Below, one piece after another: positions 25,447 to 34,471 of a stretch of DNA of 64,000 nucleotides; position 1 is the first letter of the stretch; each line of letters begins with the position of its first letter. The stretch spans positions 64,815 through 128,814 of the forward strand of contig DAHUZZ010000003.1 of the NCBI GenBank assembly GCA_027314915.1, written 5' to 3'. Source of the stretch: Thermoplasmata archaeon. Its GTDB lineage: Archaea; Thermoplasmatota; Thermoplasmata; Lutacidiplasmatales; UBA184. The position numbers were made by a program, and so were the translations under genes. The notes below the pieces were generated by a model. The model ran no database searches, was not told the origin of the DNA, and saw only the letters and a list, made by a program, of their open reading frames with translations.

Positions 25447-26337
25447 GTGCCCCCGGTCGTGCTCATCCGGTACGGGGAGCTCGCGCTCAAGTCCCCGCCG
25501 GTACGACGGGAGTTCGAGCGGACCCTCGGCCGCAACATCCTCGAGCAGTTCCGCGCCGCCGGCGCGAGCTGCCGGCTCCGGGCCGACCACGGCCATCTGT
25601 ACGTCTACGCCGACGACGCGGAGGGGGCGATCCGGATCCTCCGCCGGGTCTTCGGGGTCACCTCGGTGAGCGCGGTCACCGAGCTCGACACCGACGTCGC
25701 GGGGATCGCCCGGTCGCTCCTCGACCTCGCCGAGCCGCATCTTCGCACGGGGACCCGCTTCGCCGTGCGCGCGCGCCGGACCGGGCAGCACCCCTTCACG
25801 AGCCAGGAGCTCGCCCGCGACCTCGGGGGCCAGGTCCTGGAGCGGTGGCCGGACCGCGGGCTCAAGGTCGATCTCGAGCATCCGGACGTGGAGCTCCACG
25901 TCGAGGTCCGCGGGCCCCGGACCTACCTCTACCTCGACCGGCAGGAGGGCCCGGGCGGGCTTCCGCTCGGCGTCGCCGGCCGGGTCGTCGCCCTGGTCGA
26001 CAGCTCCCGCGGCGCGCTCGGGGCCTTCCTCATGATGAAGCGCGGGTGCCGGTGCGCCCTGGTCTTCACCCCCGAGGGCGAGCCCTTCGCGCGGGAGGTC
26101 CTCTCCCGGTTCGACCCCCAGCTCCGCCTCGCCGGCCCCGATCCCACCGCCGAGGGGGCGCTCGAGGGTCTTGCCGAGGCGACCCGGGCGGATGGGATGG
26201 TGCTCCCGCTCCCCGTGGAGGCGTACCCGAGCGCCCGGGCCCGGTGGGGCGACCGCGTCCTCTTCTCCCCGACCGTCGGGATGACCGACGAGGAGGTCGA
26301 GACCCGATGGCGGAACGTCGAGCAGCTCGCCGGGTGA
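25447..26337 (+). CDS. ThiI-like THUMP-domain protein with truncated, degenerate PP-loop domain
   Basis: 296 aa. N-terminal LIRYGELALKS...F.R.L and a THUMP-like core. Where ThiI has SGGxDS it reads VALVDSSRGALGAFLMMKRG. The C-terminal half is much shorter than canonical ThiI. Confidence 0.8.
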   Translation: MPPVVLIRYGELALKSPPVRREFERTLGRNILEQFRAAGASCRLRADHGHLYVYADDAEGAIRILRRVFGVTSVSAVTELDTDVAGIARSLLDLAEPHLRTGTRFAVRARRTGQHPFTSQELARDLGGQVLERWPDRGLKVDLEHPDVELHVEVRGPRTYLYLDRQEGPGGLPLGVAGRVVALVDSSRGALGAFLMMKRGCRCALVFTPEGEPFAREVLSRFDPQLRLAGPDPTAEGALEGLAEATRADGMVLPLPVEAYPSARARWGDRVLFSPTVGMTDEEVETRWRNVEQLAG

Positions 26338-26612
26338 GCGGGACGGGCCAGGCCCGCCTCGACGACGACGCGCCGTTGGAGGCCCCCCGGCCGACCGAGA
26401 CGAACGCGCCTCCCCCGGCACCCCCTGCGGCGGAGCCCCCGCCCGCCCGCGCCCCGCTCGACCTCGAGGCCTCCCGCCGCGCGCTCGAGGCGCGGCAGCT
26501 CGCGTGGTTCCGATTCCGGGCGGAATGGATGCGGCGCCGGGCCGAGCGCTCGAAGGGCTCCGGGGCGAGCGGACCCCCGCCGAGCCCCGAAGATCCGCGT
26601 CCAAACCCTTAA
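26334..26612 (+). CDS. Possible small Pro/Ala-rich protein
   Basis: GTG start in a GTGA overlap with the ThiI-like stop (alternative ATG at 26307). Low-complexity sequence ending in a basic helix (RQLAWFRFRAEWMRRRAERSK). May be non-coding. Confidence 0.25.
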   Translation: MSGTGQARLDDDAPLEAPRPTETNAPPPAPPAAEPPPARAPLDLEASRRALEARQLAWFRFRAEWMRRRAERSKGSGASGPPPSPEDPRPNP

Positions 26613-26613
26613 G
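26605..26613 (+). promoter_or_regulatory. CTTAAG-type AT island upstream of LX gene
   Basis: CCCTTAAGC lies 34-42 nt upstream of the ATG at 26647. Confidence 0.3.
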
Positions 26614-26646
26614 CACGGACAACGCTCGCCGCCGCGACGGTGCCCG

Positions 26647-26826
26647 ATGGCGACCTGGCTCGTGAAGGGTTCATACCTGGCCCGGCGGGGATACTGGCAG
26701 GGATTCTCGAAGCGGCTCCCCGCGAAGGACGAAGCCGCCGCCCGCGAACGGGCGGTCTCCCAGCTCGGGGGTTGCCACGGCGTGGCCCGTCGCCTGATCC
26801 GGATCGAGTCGGTGACCTCGGCCTGA
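26647..26826 (+). CDS. rplX: 50S ribosomal protein LX (L18Ae/eL20 family)
   Basis: 59-aa ORF, below the track cutoff, translated by hand: MATWLVKGSYLARRGYWQGFSKRLPAKDEAAARERAVSQLGGCHGVARRLIRIESVTSA. It fits the LX pattern and sits in the expected context upstream of pfdA-ftsY. Confidence 0.8.
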   Translation: MATWLVKGSYLARRGYWQGFSKRLPAKDEAAARERAVSQLGGCHGVARRLIRIESVTSA

Positions 26827-26890
26827 ACGGCTCCCCGCCCCGGACGGTCCCGGAACCTCGCCGGACGTAGCACCGGGGCCGGACCGCACG

Positions 26891-28513
26891 ATGCGATCGA
26901 TCGGCGAGGTCGCGGCGTCCCTCGGCCTCTCCGAACGGGAGTTCGTCCCCTACGGGCCCGGGGCGGCCAAGATCGCGCTCTCCCCGGACGGCACCGTCCC
27001 CCTCGGCGGCCGGCGCGGGAAGCTGGTCCTGGTGTCGGCGATCACGCCGACCTCGAACGGGGAGGGCAAGACCGTCACCACCATCGGCCTCGGCATGGCG
27101 CTCACGCGCCGGGGGCATGCCGCGGTCGCCTGCCTCCGGCAGCCCTCGCTGGGGCCGGTCTTCGGGCTGAAGGGCGGTGCCACCGGCGGCGGCCGCGCGA
27201 CCGTGGAACCGGCGGCCCGCATCAACCTGGGGTTCACGGGCGACCTCTACGCCGTCGCGAGCGCCCAGGGGCTGCTCGCCTCGATGATCGACAACCATCT
27301 GCACTCCGGCAACGGGCTCGGGTTCGACCCCGCGCGGATCGAGCTGCCCCGGACCGTCGACCTCGACGACCGCGCGCTCCGCCAGGTGCGCGTCGGGCTG
27401 GGCGCGAGCTCCGGACCGGAGCGGCCGGACCGCTTCGTCATCACCGCCGCCTCCGAGACCGCGGCGATCCAGACGCTCGCGCACGGGTACCGTGACCTCA
27501 AGGAGCGGCTCGGGCGCATCCTGGTCGGCTGGGACCGGACCGGTCGCCCGCTGCGCGCCCGGGACCTCCGCGCCGAGGGATCGATGGCCGCCATCCTCCG
27601 ACCCGCGATGGAACCGAACCTGGTGGGCACCTCCGAAGACACCCCGGCGCTCATCCACGCCGGCCCGTTCGCGAACCTGGGACCCGGCACCACGAGCGTC
27701 GCGTCGGTCCGGTTCGCGCTCGCGCACTCGGACTTCGCCGCCGTCGAGGCCGGGTTCGCGACGGAGCTCGGGGCCGAGAAGTTCGTCGACCTGGTCTCCC
27801 CGGTGGGGGGATTCCTCCCCGATGCCGCGGTGCTCGTGGCCACCGTCCCCGGCCTCCGATACCACGGGGGCGCGGACGGACGGACCGCCGATGCGGCCGC
27901 GGTGGAGCGCGGGCTGGCGAACCTGGGACGGCATGTGGGGAACCTCCGCCGGTTCGGGCTCGAGGTGGTGGTCGCGCTGAACCGGCATCCGGGCGACGAA
28001 CCCGCGGAGGAGGCCCTCGTCCGGACCTACTGCGCGGAGCACGGGGCGGCGTTCGCCGTCTCGACGGTGTTCACCGACGGCAGCCCCGGCGGGATCGAGC
28101 TCGCCGAGCGGGTCGAGGAGGCGGTGGTCCGGGGCCGGCCGGCGCGGCCGATCCTCGCGCCCTCCGATCCCCTCCGTGCCCAGCTGGCGACGCTGGTGCG
28201 GGAGCTCTACGGCGGCCGGAACGTGCTCCCCTCGGCCGAGGCCGAGCGGGACCTCGAAGGGCTCCTCCCGCTCGGGCTCGACCCGGGACCGCTGTGCGTC
28301 GCGAAGACCCAGACCTCGCTCAGCGACGACCCCAAGGTGCGCGGGGCGCCGACCGGCTTCGACGTGCGGGTGCGGAGGTTCTATCCGTTCGCGGGCGCGG
28401 GCTTCACCGTGGCGGCCCTGGGCAGCATCCTGACCATGCCGGGGCTCCCGGCCCATCCGGCCGCCGAGCAGATCACGCTCCGCGACGACGGCACCATCGC
28501 GGGCCTCGAGTGA
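26891..28513 (+). CDS. fhs: Formate--tetrahydrofolate ligase
   Basis: 540 aa. ITPTSNGEGKTVTTIGL P-loop characteristic of FTHFS, with colinear conserved blocks. Confidence 0.95.
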   Translation: MRSIGEVAASLGLSEREFVPYGPGAAKIALSPDGTVPLGGRRGKLVLVSAITPTSNGEGKTVTTIGLGMALTRRGHAAVACLRQPSLGPVFGLKGGATGGGRATVEPAARINLGFTGDLYAVASAQGLLASMIDNHLHSGNGLGFDPARIELPRTVDLDDRALRQVRVGLGASSGPERPDRFVITAASETAAIQTLAHGYRDLKERLGRILVGWDRTGRPLRARDLRAEGSMAAILRPAMEPNLVGTSEDTPALIHAGPFANLGPGTTSVASVRFALAHSDFAAVEAGFATELGAEKFVDLVSPVGGFLPDAAVLVATVPGLRYHGGADGRTADAAAVERGLANLGRHVGNLRRFGLEVVVALNRHPGDEPAEEALVRTYCAEHGAAFAVSTVFTDGSPGGIELAERVEEAVVRGRPARPILAPSDPLRAQLATLVRELYGGRNVLPSAEAERDLEGLLPLGLDPGPLCVAKTQTSLSDDPKVRGAPTGFDVRVRRFYPFAGAGFTVAALGSILTMPGLPAHPAAEQITLRDDGTIAGLE

Positions 28514-28548
28514 CCCTTATAGGTCACGCCGGCTAGCGCGGTCGATCC

Positions 28549-29022
28549 ATGGCCGGACGTCCGATCGCCCCCGCTGAGGTCGAGCAACAGGTCCAGGAGG
28601 ACTTGGCCCGCCTGGATGCCTACCGGAACCAGCTCGGCCAGATGCTGCAGCAGCACCAGGTCCTCGCCGCGTCGCACGCCGATCATGTCCGGGCGCGCGA
28701 GTCGCTCGAAGGGCTCGAGGCCGCCTCGGACGACTCCGAGGTCCTCCTGCCCCTGGGGGGGGAGGCGTACATCCGGGGCCGGCCGGATCGCACGGGTCCG
28801 GTCCTGCTCGGGATCGGCTCCGGCTTCGTGGCGGAGATGGAACGGCCGAAGGCCGTCGAGATCCTCGCCCAGCGGACCAAGCAGATCGAGGAGGCGGCGG
28901 ACGGCCTCCAGTCGCAGATGAGGACCCTGGAGGAGCAGATGAACGCGGTCAGCCGCCGCGTCGAGGCCCTGACCCAGATGCGGCCGGCCGGGGGCGCCTC
29001 GGACGATGTGGGCATCGATTAG
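28549..29022 (+). CDS. pfdA: Prefoldin alpha subunit
   Basis: 157 aa. Coiled coil, then beta hairpins (VLLPLGGEAYIRG...LLGIGSGFVAE), then coiled coil. Conserved position before ftsY. Confidence 0.9.
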   Translation: MAGRPIAPAEVEQQVQEDLARLDAYRNQLGQMLQQHQVLAASHADHVRARESLEGLEAASDDSEVLLPLGGEAYIRGRPDRTGPVLLGIGSGFVAEMERPKAVEILAQRTKQIEEAADGLQSQMRTLEEQMNAVSRRVEALTQMRPAGGASDDVGID

Positions 29023-30028
29023 GTCCCGGCTGTTCGGACGCAAGCCCGACGAGCCGGCGCCCGAGGGCCCGGGGACGCCCCCGCCCGCGCGGGAGCAGGG
29101 GGAGGTCCCGGGAACCGCGTCGGCCGGGGGGCCGGACCCGGAGGACCACTTCACCGAGTCCATCTTCGGACGGCGGATCCGGGAGGCGACGCTCCGCGAC
29201 GTCCTCGATGAGCTCGAGATCCTCCTCCTCCAGTCCGACGTCGCGCTGCCGGTCGCGGAGCGGCTCTGCCGGGACGTCCGCGAGCGGCTCGAGGGGAAGA
29301 AGCTCCGGATGGGCGCCGAGGCGGAGGTCGCGATCAAGGCCTCGCTCGAGCACTCGGTCCGCGGCCTCCTCGCCCGACCCCCCTTCGACCTGCCGGGCCG
29401 TATCCGGTCGAGCCCCGGGAAGCCCTACGTCGTCCTGTTCGTCGGCGTGAACGGGACGGGGAAGACGACCACGGTCGCGAAGCTCGCCCACTGGCTCGCC
29501 GGCCAGGGGATCCGCCCGGTGATCGCGGCCGGCGACACCTTCCGCGCGGGGGCGATCGAGCAGCTCCTCGTGCACGGCGAGCGGCTCGGCATCCGCGTGG
29601 TCCGGCAGACCGAGGGCAGCGATCCGGCCGCCGTCGCCTTCGACGCGGTGCAGCACGCCCGCGCGAAGGGGCTCGACGTCGTCCTCATCGACACCGCCGG
29701 GCGGCAGCACACCAACGTGAACCTCGTCGAGGAGGCGAAGAAGATCCGGCGCGTGGTGAAGCCGGACCTGACCGTGTTCGTGGGCGATGCCCTCTCGGGC
29801 AACGATGTCGTGGAGCAGGCGAGGCTGTTCCAGGAGGCGCTCGGCGTCGACGGTCTGATCCTGAACAAGCTCGACGCGGACGCGAAAGGGGGCGCCGCCC
29901 TCTCCGCGACGTACGTGACGAAGAAGCCCATCCTGTTCGTCGGCGTCGGCCAGGGCTACGACGATCTCCGGGTCTTCGACGCGGAGTGGATGGTCCAGCG
30001 GCTCTTCGCCGAGGGGACCGCCGCGTGA
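29006..30028 (+). CDS. ftsY: Signal recognition particle receptor FtsY
   Basis: 340 aa. GVNGTGKTTTVAKLA, DTAGR, and LNKLDADAKGGAA in the SRP-GTPase NG domain. Confidence 0.95.
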   Translation: MWASIRSRLFGRKPDEPAPEGPGTPPPAREQGEVPGTASAGGPDPEDHFTESIFGRRIREATLRDVLDELEILLLQSDVALPVAERLCRDVRERLEGKKLRMGAEAEVAIKASLEHSVRGLLARPPFDLPGRIRSSPGKPYVVLFVGVNGTGKTTTVAKLAHWLAGQGIRPVIAAGDTFRAGAIEQLLVHGERLGIRVVRQTEGSDPAAVAFDAVQHARAKGLDVVLIDTAGRQHTNVNLVEEAKKIRRVVKPDLTVFVGDALSGNDVVEQARLFQEALGVDGLILNKLDADAKGGAALSATYVTKKPILFVGVGQGYDDLRVFDAEWMVQRLFAEGTAA

Positions 30029-30762
30029 CGGTGCGGCTCGAGGTCATCCTCGTCCGGCCCAAGGAGGACGGGAACGTGGGCGCGGTCGCCCGCGCCGCCC
30101 GGAACTTCGGCGCCGACCGGCTCGCGATCGTGGCCCCCCGGGCCAGCCTGGGACCGGAGGCGCACCGGCGGGCGATGGCGGGCGGGGTGCTCCTCCGGTC
30201 GGCCCGGATCGTCCCGACCTTCGACGAGGCCGTCCGGGGGGCCGACTTCGTCATCGGGACGACCGACCTCTCGACGGGACGGTCGGTCTCCTACCTGAGG
30301 CGCTCGGTCTCCCCCGAGCGGCTCGGCGAGATCCTCCGCACCCTCGAGGGGAACGTGGCGCTCCTCTTCGGCCCCGAGGACAACGGCCTCGGCCGCTCCG
30401 AGCTCGCCCGGTGCGACCTCCTGGTCCACATCCCCGCCCGCCGGGAGTTCCCGACGCTCAACCTCTCCCACGCCGTGGCGGTGGTCCTCTACGCCGTGCA
30501 CCGCGCGAAGGGACCCGAGGATCCCGAGAGCACCCCCGCCCCCGAGCTCCTCGAGCTCAACGGGCGGGAGAAGGAGCTCTTCCTCACCCGGATCGGTGGG
30601 CTACTTGAGCGCACCGGCTACCCTGTGCACAAGCGAAAGGGTCTTCTGCTCCTGTTCCGCCGGGTACTCGGCCGTTCGACGCCCACCGAGGCCGAGTACC
30701 GGATGTTGCTCGGCTTCGTCAAGAGCCTCGAGCGTCCTTCGAAGAGGCATCCCCATGAGTGA
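30025..30762 (+). CDS. SPOUT (SpoU/TrmH group, TrmJ-like) RNA 2'-O-methyltransferase
   Basis: 245 aa from a GTG in a GTGA overlap with the ftsY stop. ILVRPKEDGNVGAVARAARNFG, LLFGPEDNGL, IPARREFPTLNLSHAVAVVLY. Confidence 0.85.
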   Translation: MTVRLEVILVRPKEDGNVGAVARAARNFGADRLAIVAPRASLGPEAHRRAMAGGVLLRSARIVPTFDEAVRGADFVIGTTDLSTGRSVSYLRRSVSPERLGEILRTLEGNVALLFGPEDNGLGRSELARCDLLVHIPARREFPTLNLSHAVAVVLYAVHRAKGPEDPESTPAPELLELNGREKELFLTRIGGLLERTGYPVHKRKGLLLLFRRVLGRSTPTEAEYRMLLGFVKSLERPSKRHPHE

Positions 30763-31219
30763 GCACGCCGAGTGGATCCGGGCCCGGGGCATCGGCCGCG
30801 AGCGGTTCGCGGCCTACCTCGCCGACTACCTGACCGAGCAGGGCTACGTCGTGGAGCGCGAGGAGATCGCGGACCCCGCGAGCTCCGTCGTCCGGGGCGA
30901 GCTCAAGCGGATGAACCCGGCGGTGCCGGGGTCGCTCAAGCGCGTCACGATCCGGTTCTCCCCCACGAGCGGGGGCGCCGCCGGCGCCTGGGAGGCCCCG
31001 GTCGAGGTGGTCGATACCGAGCGGACCGCGACCGACCGGTTCGTCCGGGAGCTCATCCTCCACCTGGAGCGGACCGTCCGCACCGAGAGCCACGGCACGG
31101 CCAAGGTCCAGCTCGTTCCGACCTCGCGGCTGCCCTGGCAGGCTCCGGCCGCGACGGCACCGAGCGGGCCGATCCCGCGCGGGGACCGCGCGAGCCCGGC
31201 CGCGCCCGCGGAGAACTGA
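30755..31219 (+). CDS. Hypothetical protein
   Basis: 154 aa from an ATG 8 nt before the upstream stop. Normal composition. No family recognised. Confidence 0.5.
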   Translation: MSEHAEWIRARGIGRERFAAYLADYLTEQGYVVEREEIADPASSVVRGELKRMNPAVPGSLKRVTIRFSPTSGGAAGAWEAPVEVVDTERTATDRFVRELILHLERTVRTESHGTAKVQLVPTSRLPWQAPAATAPSGPIPRGDRASPAAPAEN

Positions 31220-31351
31220 GACCGGCCATCGACCCCGATAGGAGCGGGGCCCTGGGGCCGGGCCGTCCCCACCGGAGTCGTTCGAAGCGGCTTGGAAGGG
31301 GTTCGACCCGGCCGGGCCGAGCGCGCCCGGGCCGGGTCGTGGCCGGGGGAT

Positions 31352-32155
31352 CTACGCGACGTGCACCGACGTGAGGATCGCCCCGTGGCCGGTCGAGGCC
31401 AGGTCGAGCGCGGTCGTGACGGTGCTGCCGGCCGGCGATCCCTGGGGGACCGACGACTCGACGCTGAACTCGATCACCGCGTAGATCGCGTAGTGGTGCC
31501 CCGCGACGAGGGGGACCGACCCCACGGTCGCGCTGTACTTCGCGTCCACCGCACCGCCGGTCCAGGACTTCGCGGTCTGCAGCTCCTTCTGGAGGATCTG
31601 CACGCTCCGACCGCGGTAGGTCTTCCCGGCGGTGAGGTCCACGAGCTTGGTCGTGAGGGACATCTCGACCGTGGCATCCCCGCCGGAGGCCGCGGCCTTG
31701 GGGCTCACGGTCGCCGAGCCGCTCCAGGTGATGACCCAGGAGGCGGTGACCGTCCGGTTGCCCGACACGCCCGCGACGAAGCCGAGCCCGGAGAGGCCGG
31801 CGGTCCCGTCGTAGCTGGCCTGCGAGTCCGCGCTCGCGCACGGCCCGGCCTGCGCGGCGACCGCTCCGGTCCCGGTCCCCGTGGTCAGGACGAAGCGGGT
31901 GGGCGTCCACACCGTCAGGTTCGCCCCGCAACCCTGGACCGAGGGGTCCCGGACTTGCACCGCCTTGGCCCCCGTGTAGGGCGCCTGGAACGACGCGATC
32001 GGCGTCGTGGCCGCGCTCAGCGAGGGCACCAGGAGCAACAGCGCGACCACGGCGAATGCCCCGGCGATCCCGGCCGCCACGACGCCTCGCCGTGGTCCGC
32101 TTCTCGTGTTCGGCGTGGTCTCTTCTCGCGCTCCCGTTCGTTCGTTCGCTGTCAT
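31352..32155 (-). CDS. Membrane-anchored/secreted beta-rich protein
   Basis: 267 aa. N-terminal anchor VVAAGIAGAFAVVALLLLVP, then a T/S/G/A/V-rich ectodomain. Confidence 0.65.
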   Translation of the reverse strand: MTANERTGAREETTPNTRSGPRRGVVAAGIAGAFAVVALLLLVPSLSAATTPIASFQAPYTGAKAVQVRDPSVQGCGANLTVWTPTRFVLTTGTGTGAVAAQAGPCASADSQASYDGTAGLSGLGFVAGVSGNRTVTASWVITWSGSATVSPKAAASGGDATVEMSLTTKLVDLTAGKTYRGRSVQILQKELQTAKSWTGGAVDAKYSATVGSVPLVAGHHYAIYAVIEFSVESSVPQGSPAGSTVTTALDLASTGHGAILTSVHVA

Positions 32156-32246
32156 GTTCCCGCGTTCGGAGGTCCGGCGGCCGCACCGTGGGGTCCGGTT
32201 CCGCTCCCTCCGATCCCCTCGTGGCGCCCGGGGGGTCTATCGGATT

Positions 32247-32309
32247 TGGCGCAACCTCCGAACGGGTTGGCGCAACGTCCGAACGGCGTGGCGCAAGGCC
32301 CGAACCGGG
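32247..32309. repeat. Three tandem 21-bp direct repeats (TGGCGCAAC-TCCGAACGG--) in a divergent intergenic region
   Basis: R1 32247-32267 TGGCGCAACCTCCGAACGGGT. R2 32268-32288 TGGCGCAACGTCCGAACGGCG (18/21 identical to R1). R3 32289-32309 TGGCGCAAGGCCCGAACCGGG (16/21). Confidence 0.85.
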
Positions 32310-32420
32310 GGCCCGGACGGGGGGCCGATGCCCCGGGCCGGCGACCCAGCGTCCGTTCCGCTTCACCGAACGGCTCATTATGCCGTGCGACCCGACCTCT
32401 CCCCCGGGAGCGTGGCCCGA

Positions 32421-32726
32421 GTGTCGGTGGACTGGCTCGCAAGCGGGCTCGCGATCGTCCTCGTCGCGCTCGCCGGGGTGCTCACCGGCGTCGCCTGGGC
32501 GGCAGCGCGGCGCTTCGAGGACCGCCGATTCTTCCTCATCGGGATCGCGTTCCTCACGTTGAGCCTCACGGGCGTGCTCTCGATCCTCAGCGAGAGCTTC
32601 GGGGCCTTCGACGAGGCGTTCACCGTCGAGCCGGCGCCCCTCTTCCTGATCGTCCTCGCGGTGGCGGTGCTCTACGTGGCCCTGTTCCAGGCCCGCCTCG
32701 GGGGCGGGGCCGGCGAGCATGGATGA
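32421..32726 (+). CDS. Small polytopic membrane protein
   Basis: About 101 aa from a GTG (VSVDWLASGLAIVLVALAGVL...), three hydrophobic helices. AT island CTCATTATGCC about 40 nt upstream. Alternative ATG at 32328. 8-nt overlap with the downstream regulator gene. Confidence 0.55.
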   Translation: MSVDWLASGLAIVLVALAGVLTGVAWAAARRFEDRRFFLIGIAFLTLSLTGVLSILSESFGAFDEAFTVEPAPLFLIVLAVAVLYVALFQARLGGGAGEHG

Positions 32727-33243
32727 GCTCACGCTCCAGCCCACGCGGCAGCGCATCGTCGAGGAGGTAGCGCACCACCCCGGGCTGAGCGGCCGCGAGC
32801 TCCAGCAGCGGCTGATCCTCGGGTGGGGCGAGACCGCCTACCATCTCGAGCGGCTCGTCCGGGCCGGGGCGGTCCGCCGGGAGCGGGGCGGCTGGCGCGA
32901 CTACTACTTCGCGTCGGACGTCACCTGGGACGACCGCAAGCTCCACCAGTCGCTGCGCAGCCCGACGGAACGGGCGATCCTCATCGCCCTCGCCCGGAAG
33001 GAGAGGTTGACCTTCCGCGAACTGGGCGACGAGCTCGAGGTGGGGAAATCCACCGTCTCCTTCCACCTGAACCTGCTCATCGAGCGAGGTACGGTGCTCG
33101 CGGAGCCCTCCCCGGAGGGTCGACGGTACCGCGCGCAGCGGCCCGACCGGGTGCGCGAGCTGCTCCGCGCCTACCGCGTGAGCTTCCAGGATCGTCTCGT
33201 GGACCAGTTCGTGGCCTCCTTCAGCGGGCTGCTCCGGGAGTGA
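32719..33243 (+). CDS. Tandem winged-helix (ArsR/TrmB-like) transcriptional regulator
   Basis: 174 aa. Two wHTH units: RQRIVEEVAHHPGLSGRELQQRL..ETAYHLERLVRAGAV and ERAILIALARKERLTFRELGDELEVGKSTVSFHLNLLIERG. Confidence 0.75.
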   Translation: MDELTLQPTRQRIVEEVAHHPGLSGRELQQRLILGWGETAYHLERLVRAGAVRRERGGWRDYYFASDVTWDDRKLHQSLRSPTERAILIALARKERLTFRELGDELEVGKSTVSFHLNLLIERGTVLAEPSPEGRRYRAQRPDRVRELLRAYRVSFQDRLVDQFVASFSGLLRE

Positions 33244-33270
33244 ACCCCCGGTCCGCGCCGCGCCGAGCTA

Positions 33271-33282
33271 AGCTTTATAAAC
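33271..33282 (+). promoter_or_regulatory. BRE/TATA-like element AGCTTTATAAAC upstream of rpl15e
   Basis: Strong AT island 26-37 nt upstream of the ATG at 33308, implying a leaderless or near-leaderless mRNA. A similar AAGCTTTAT motif lies upstream of the L1 operon. Confidence 0.5.
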
Positions 33283-33307
33283 CGTCCTCAGGTCCCCCGC
33301 GACCACC

Positions 33308-33922
33308 ATGGCCCAGTCGATGTACGAGCACGTGGCGGCCTCGTTCCGCCGGACCCTCGGTCCCGAGGGGGCGGACCAGCGGCACGAACGGCTGCTCCTG
33401 TGGCGGCGCCAGAACACCGTCACCCGCCTCGAGCATCCCACCCGCATCGACCGGGCCCGCGCCGTCGGCTACCGGGCGAAGGGCGGCTACATCCTGGTCC
33501 GGGTCCGGGTCCGGCGCGGAGGGCAGCGCAAGCGGGCCATCATCGCGGGGCGCCGCCCGAAGCACAAGGGCATCCTCCGGATGACGCTCAACAAGTCGAT
33601 CCAGCGGATCGCGGAGGAGCGCGCCGCGAAGCACTACCCGAACCTCGAGGTGCTCAACTCCTACTGGGTCGGCGAGGACGGCAAGGAGAAGTTCTACGAG
33701 GTGATCCTGGTCGACCCGCAGCACCCGGAGATCGTGAGCGATCCCAAGATCAACTGGATCGTCGCCCCGACCCACAAGGGGCGCGTCTTCCGCGGCCTCA
33801 CCAGCGCCGGGAAGTCGAACCGGGGCCTGAGGGTGCGCGGCAAGGGTGCCGAGCGGATGCGCCCGTCGCGGACACGCAACCGGCGGCCCGAGCGCCGGAC
33901 CCAGCGCAAGGTGATCCCCTAG
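33308..33922 (+). CDS. rpl15e: 50S ribosomal protein L15e
   Basis: 204 aa. [54 protein letters not shown]. Confidence 0.95.
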   Translation: MAQSMYEHVAASFRRTLGPEGADQRHERLLLWRRQNTVTRLEHPTRIDRARAVGYRAKGGYILVRVRVRRGGQRKRAIIAGRRPKHKGILRMTLNKSIQRIAEERAAKHYPNLEVLNSYWVGEDGKEKFYEVILVDPQHPEIVSDPKINWIVAPTHKGRVFRGLTSAGKSNRGLRVRGKGAERMRPSRTRNRRPERRTQRKVIP

Positions 33923-34374
33923 AGGGCGCGGTCCGGGTCGGCGAGCCACTCCTCGAGCGGCGTGCCCTCCTCCTCGGCGCGCCGCCGGGCCCAGCCCCCG
34001 AGCCCCTCCAGGTGGACGACCTCGCCGCGCAGCGCGACCCCGATCCGGCGCCGGAACTCGAGGTCCACGCCGAGCCGCCCGTCCGTCAGGAGCTGCTCGA
34101 GCCGGTGCGCGAGGTGCCCGCCCGCGGTGTCCCAGTCGGTGAGGACGATCACCTCCCGCGTGGACCGGGAGAGCCGGTGCGCCACATCGGGCAGGGTGCG
34201 CCCCCGGTGGACCAGCTCCACCGAACGGTCCACCCCGAGCGCTTCCACCGAACGGCGGTCGCGCTCCCCTTCCACGAGCAGGACCGTCCCGGAGCGCTGC
34301 ATGGCCGAGAGGAGGTCGCGCCAGACCCGCCAGAACTGCGGGAAGGTCACGCGGACCGCGGCGCCGCTCGACAT
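33919..34374 (-). CDS. Small Toprim-domain protein
   Basis: 151 aa. [17 protein letters not shown] (Toprim Glu) and [14 protein letters not shown] (DxD). Confidence 0.75.
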   Translation of the reverse strand: MSSGAAVRVTFPQFWRVWRDLLSAMQRSGTVLLVEGERDRRSVEALGVDRSVELVHRGRTLPDVAHRLSRSTREVIVLTDWDTAGGHLAHRLEQLLTDGRLGVDLEFRRRIGVALRGEVVHLEGLGGWARRRAEEEGTPLEEWLADPDRAL

Positions 34375-34471
34375 CGACGGGACGCCGGCGGAAGCTCCCG
34401 CCAGCGTTCGGGGCCACGAAAGGGGTAACGCCTATAGGGCTATCCCCCTCGGCAGGGCGGTCCCCCGAACG

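Noticed and set aside
32154-32420. Arg-rich N-terminal extension of the membrane protein containing WRNLRTG-type heptads
   Set aside because: It would abut or overlap the divergent gene start at 32155 and leave no promoter space. An AT island and a GTG start at 32421 fit better. It is kept only as an alternative in the repeat finding.
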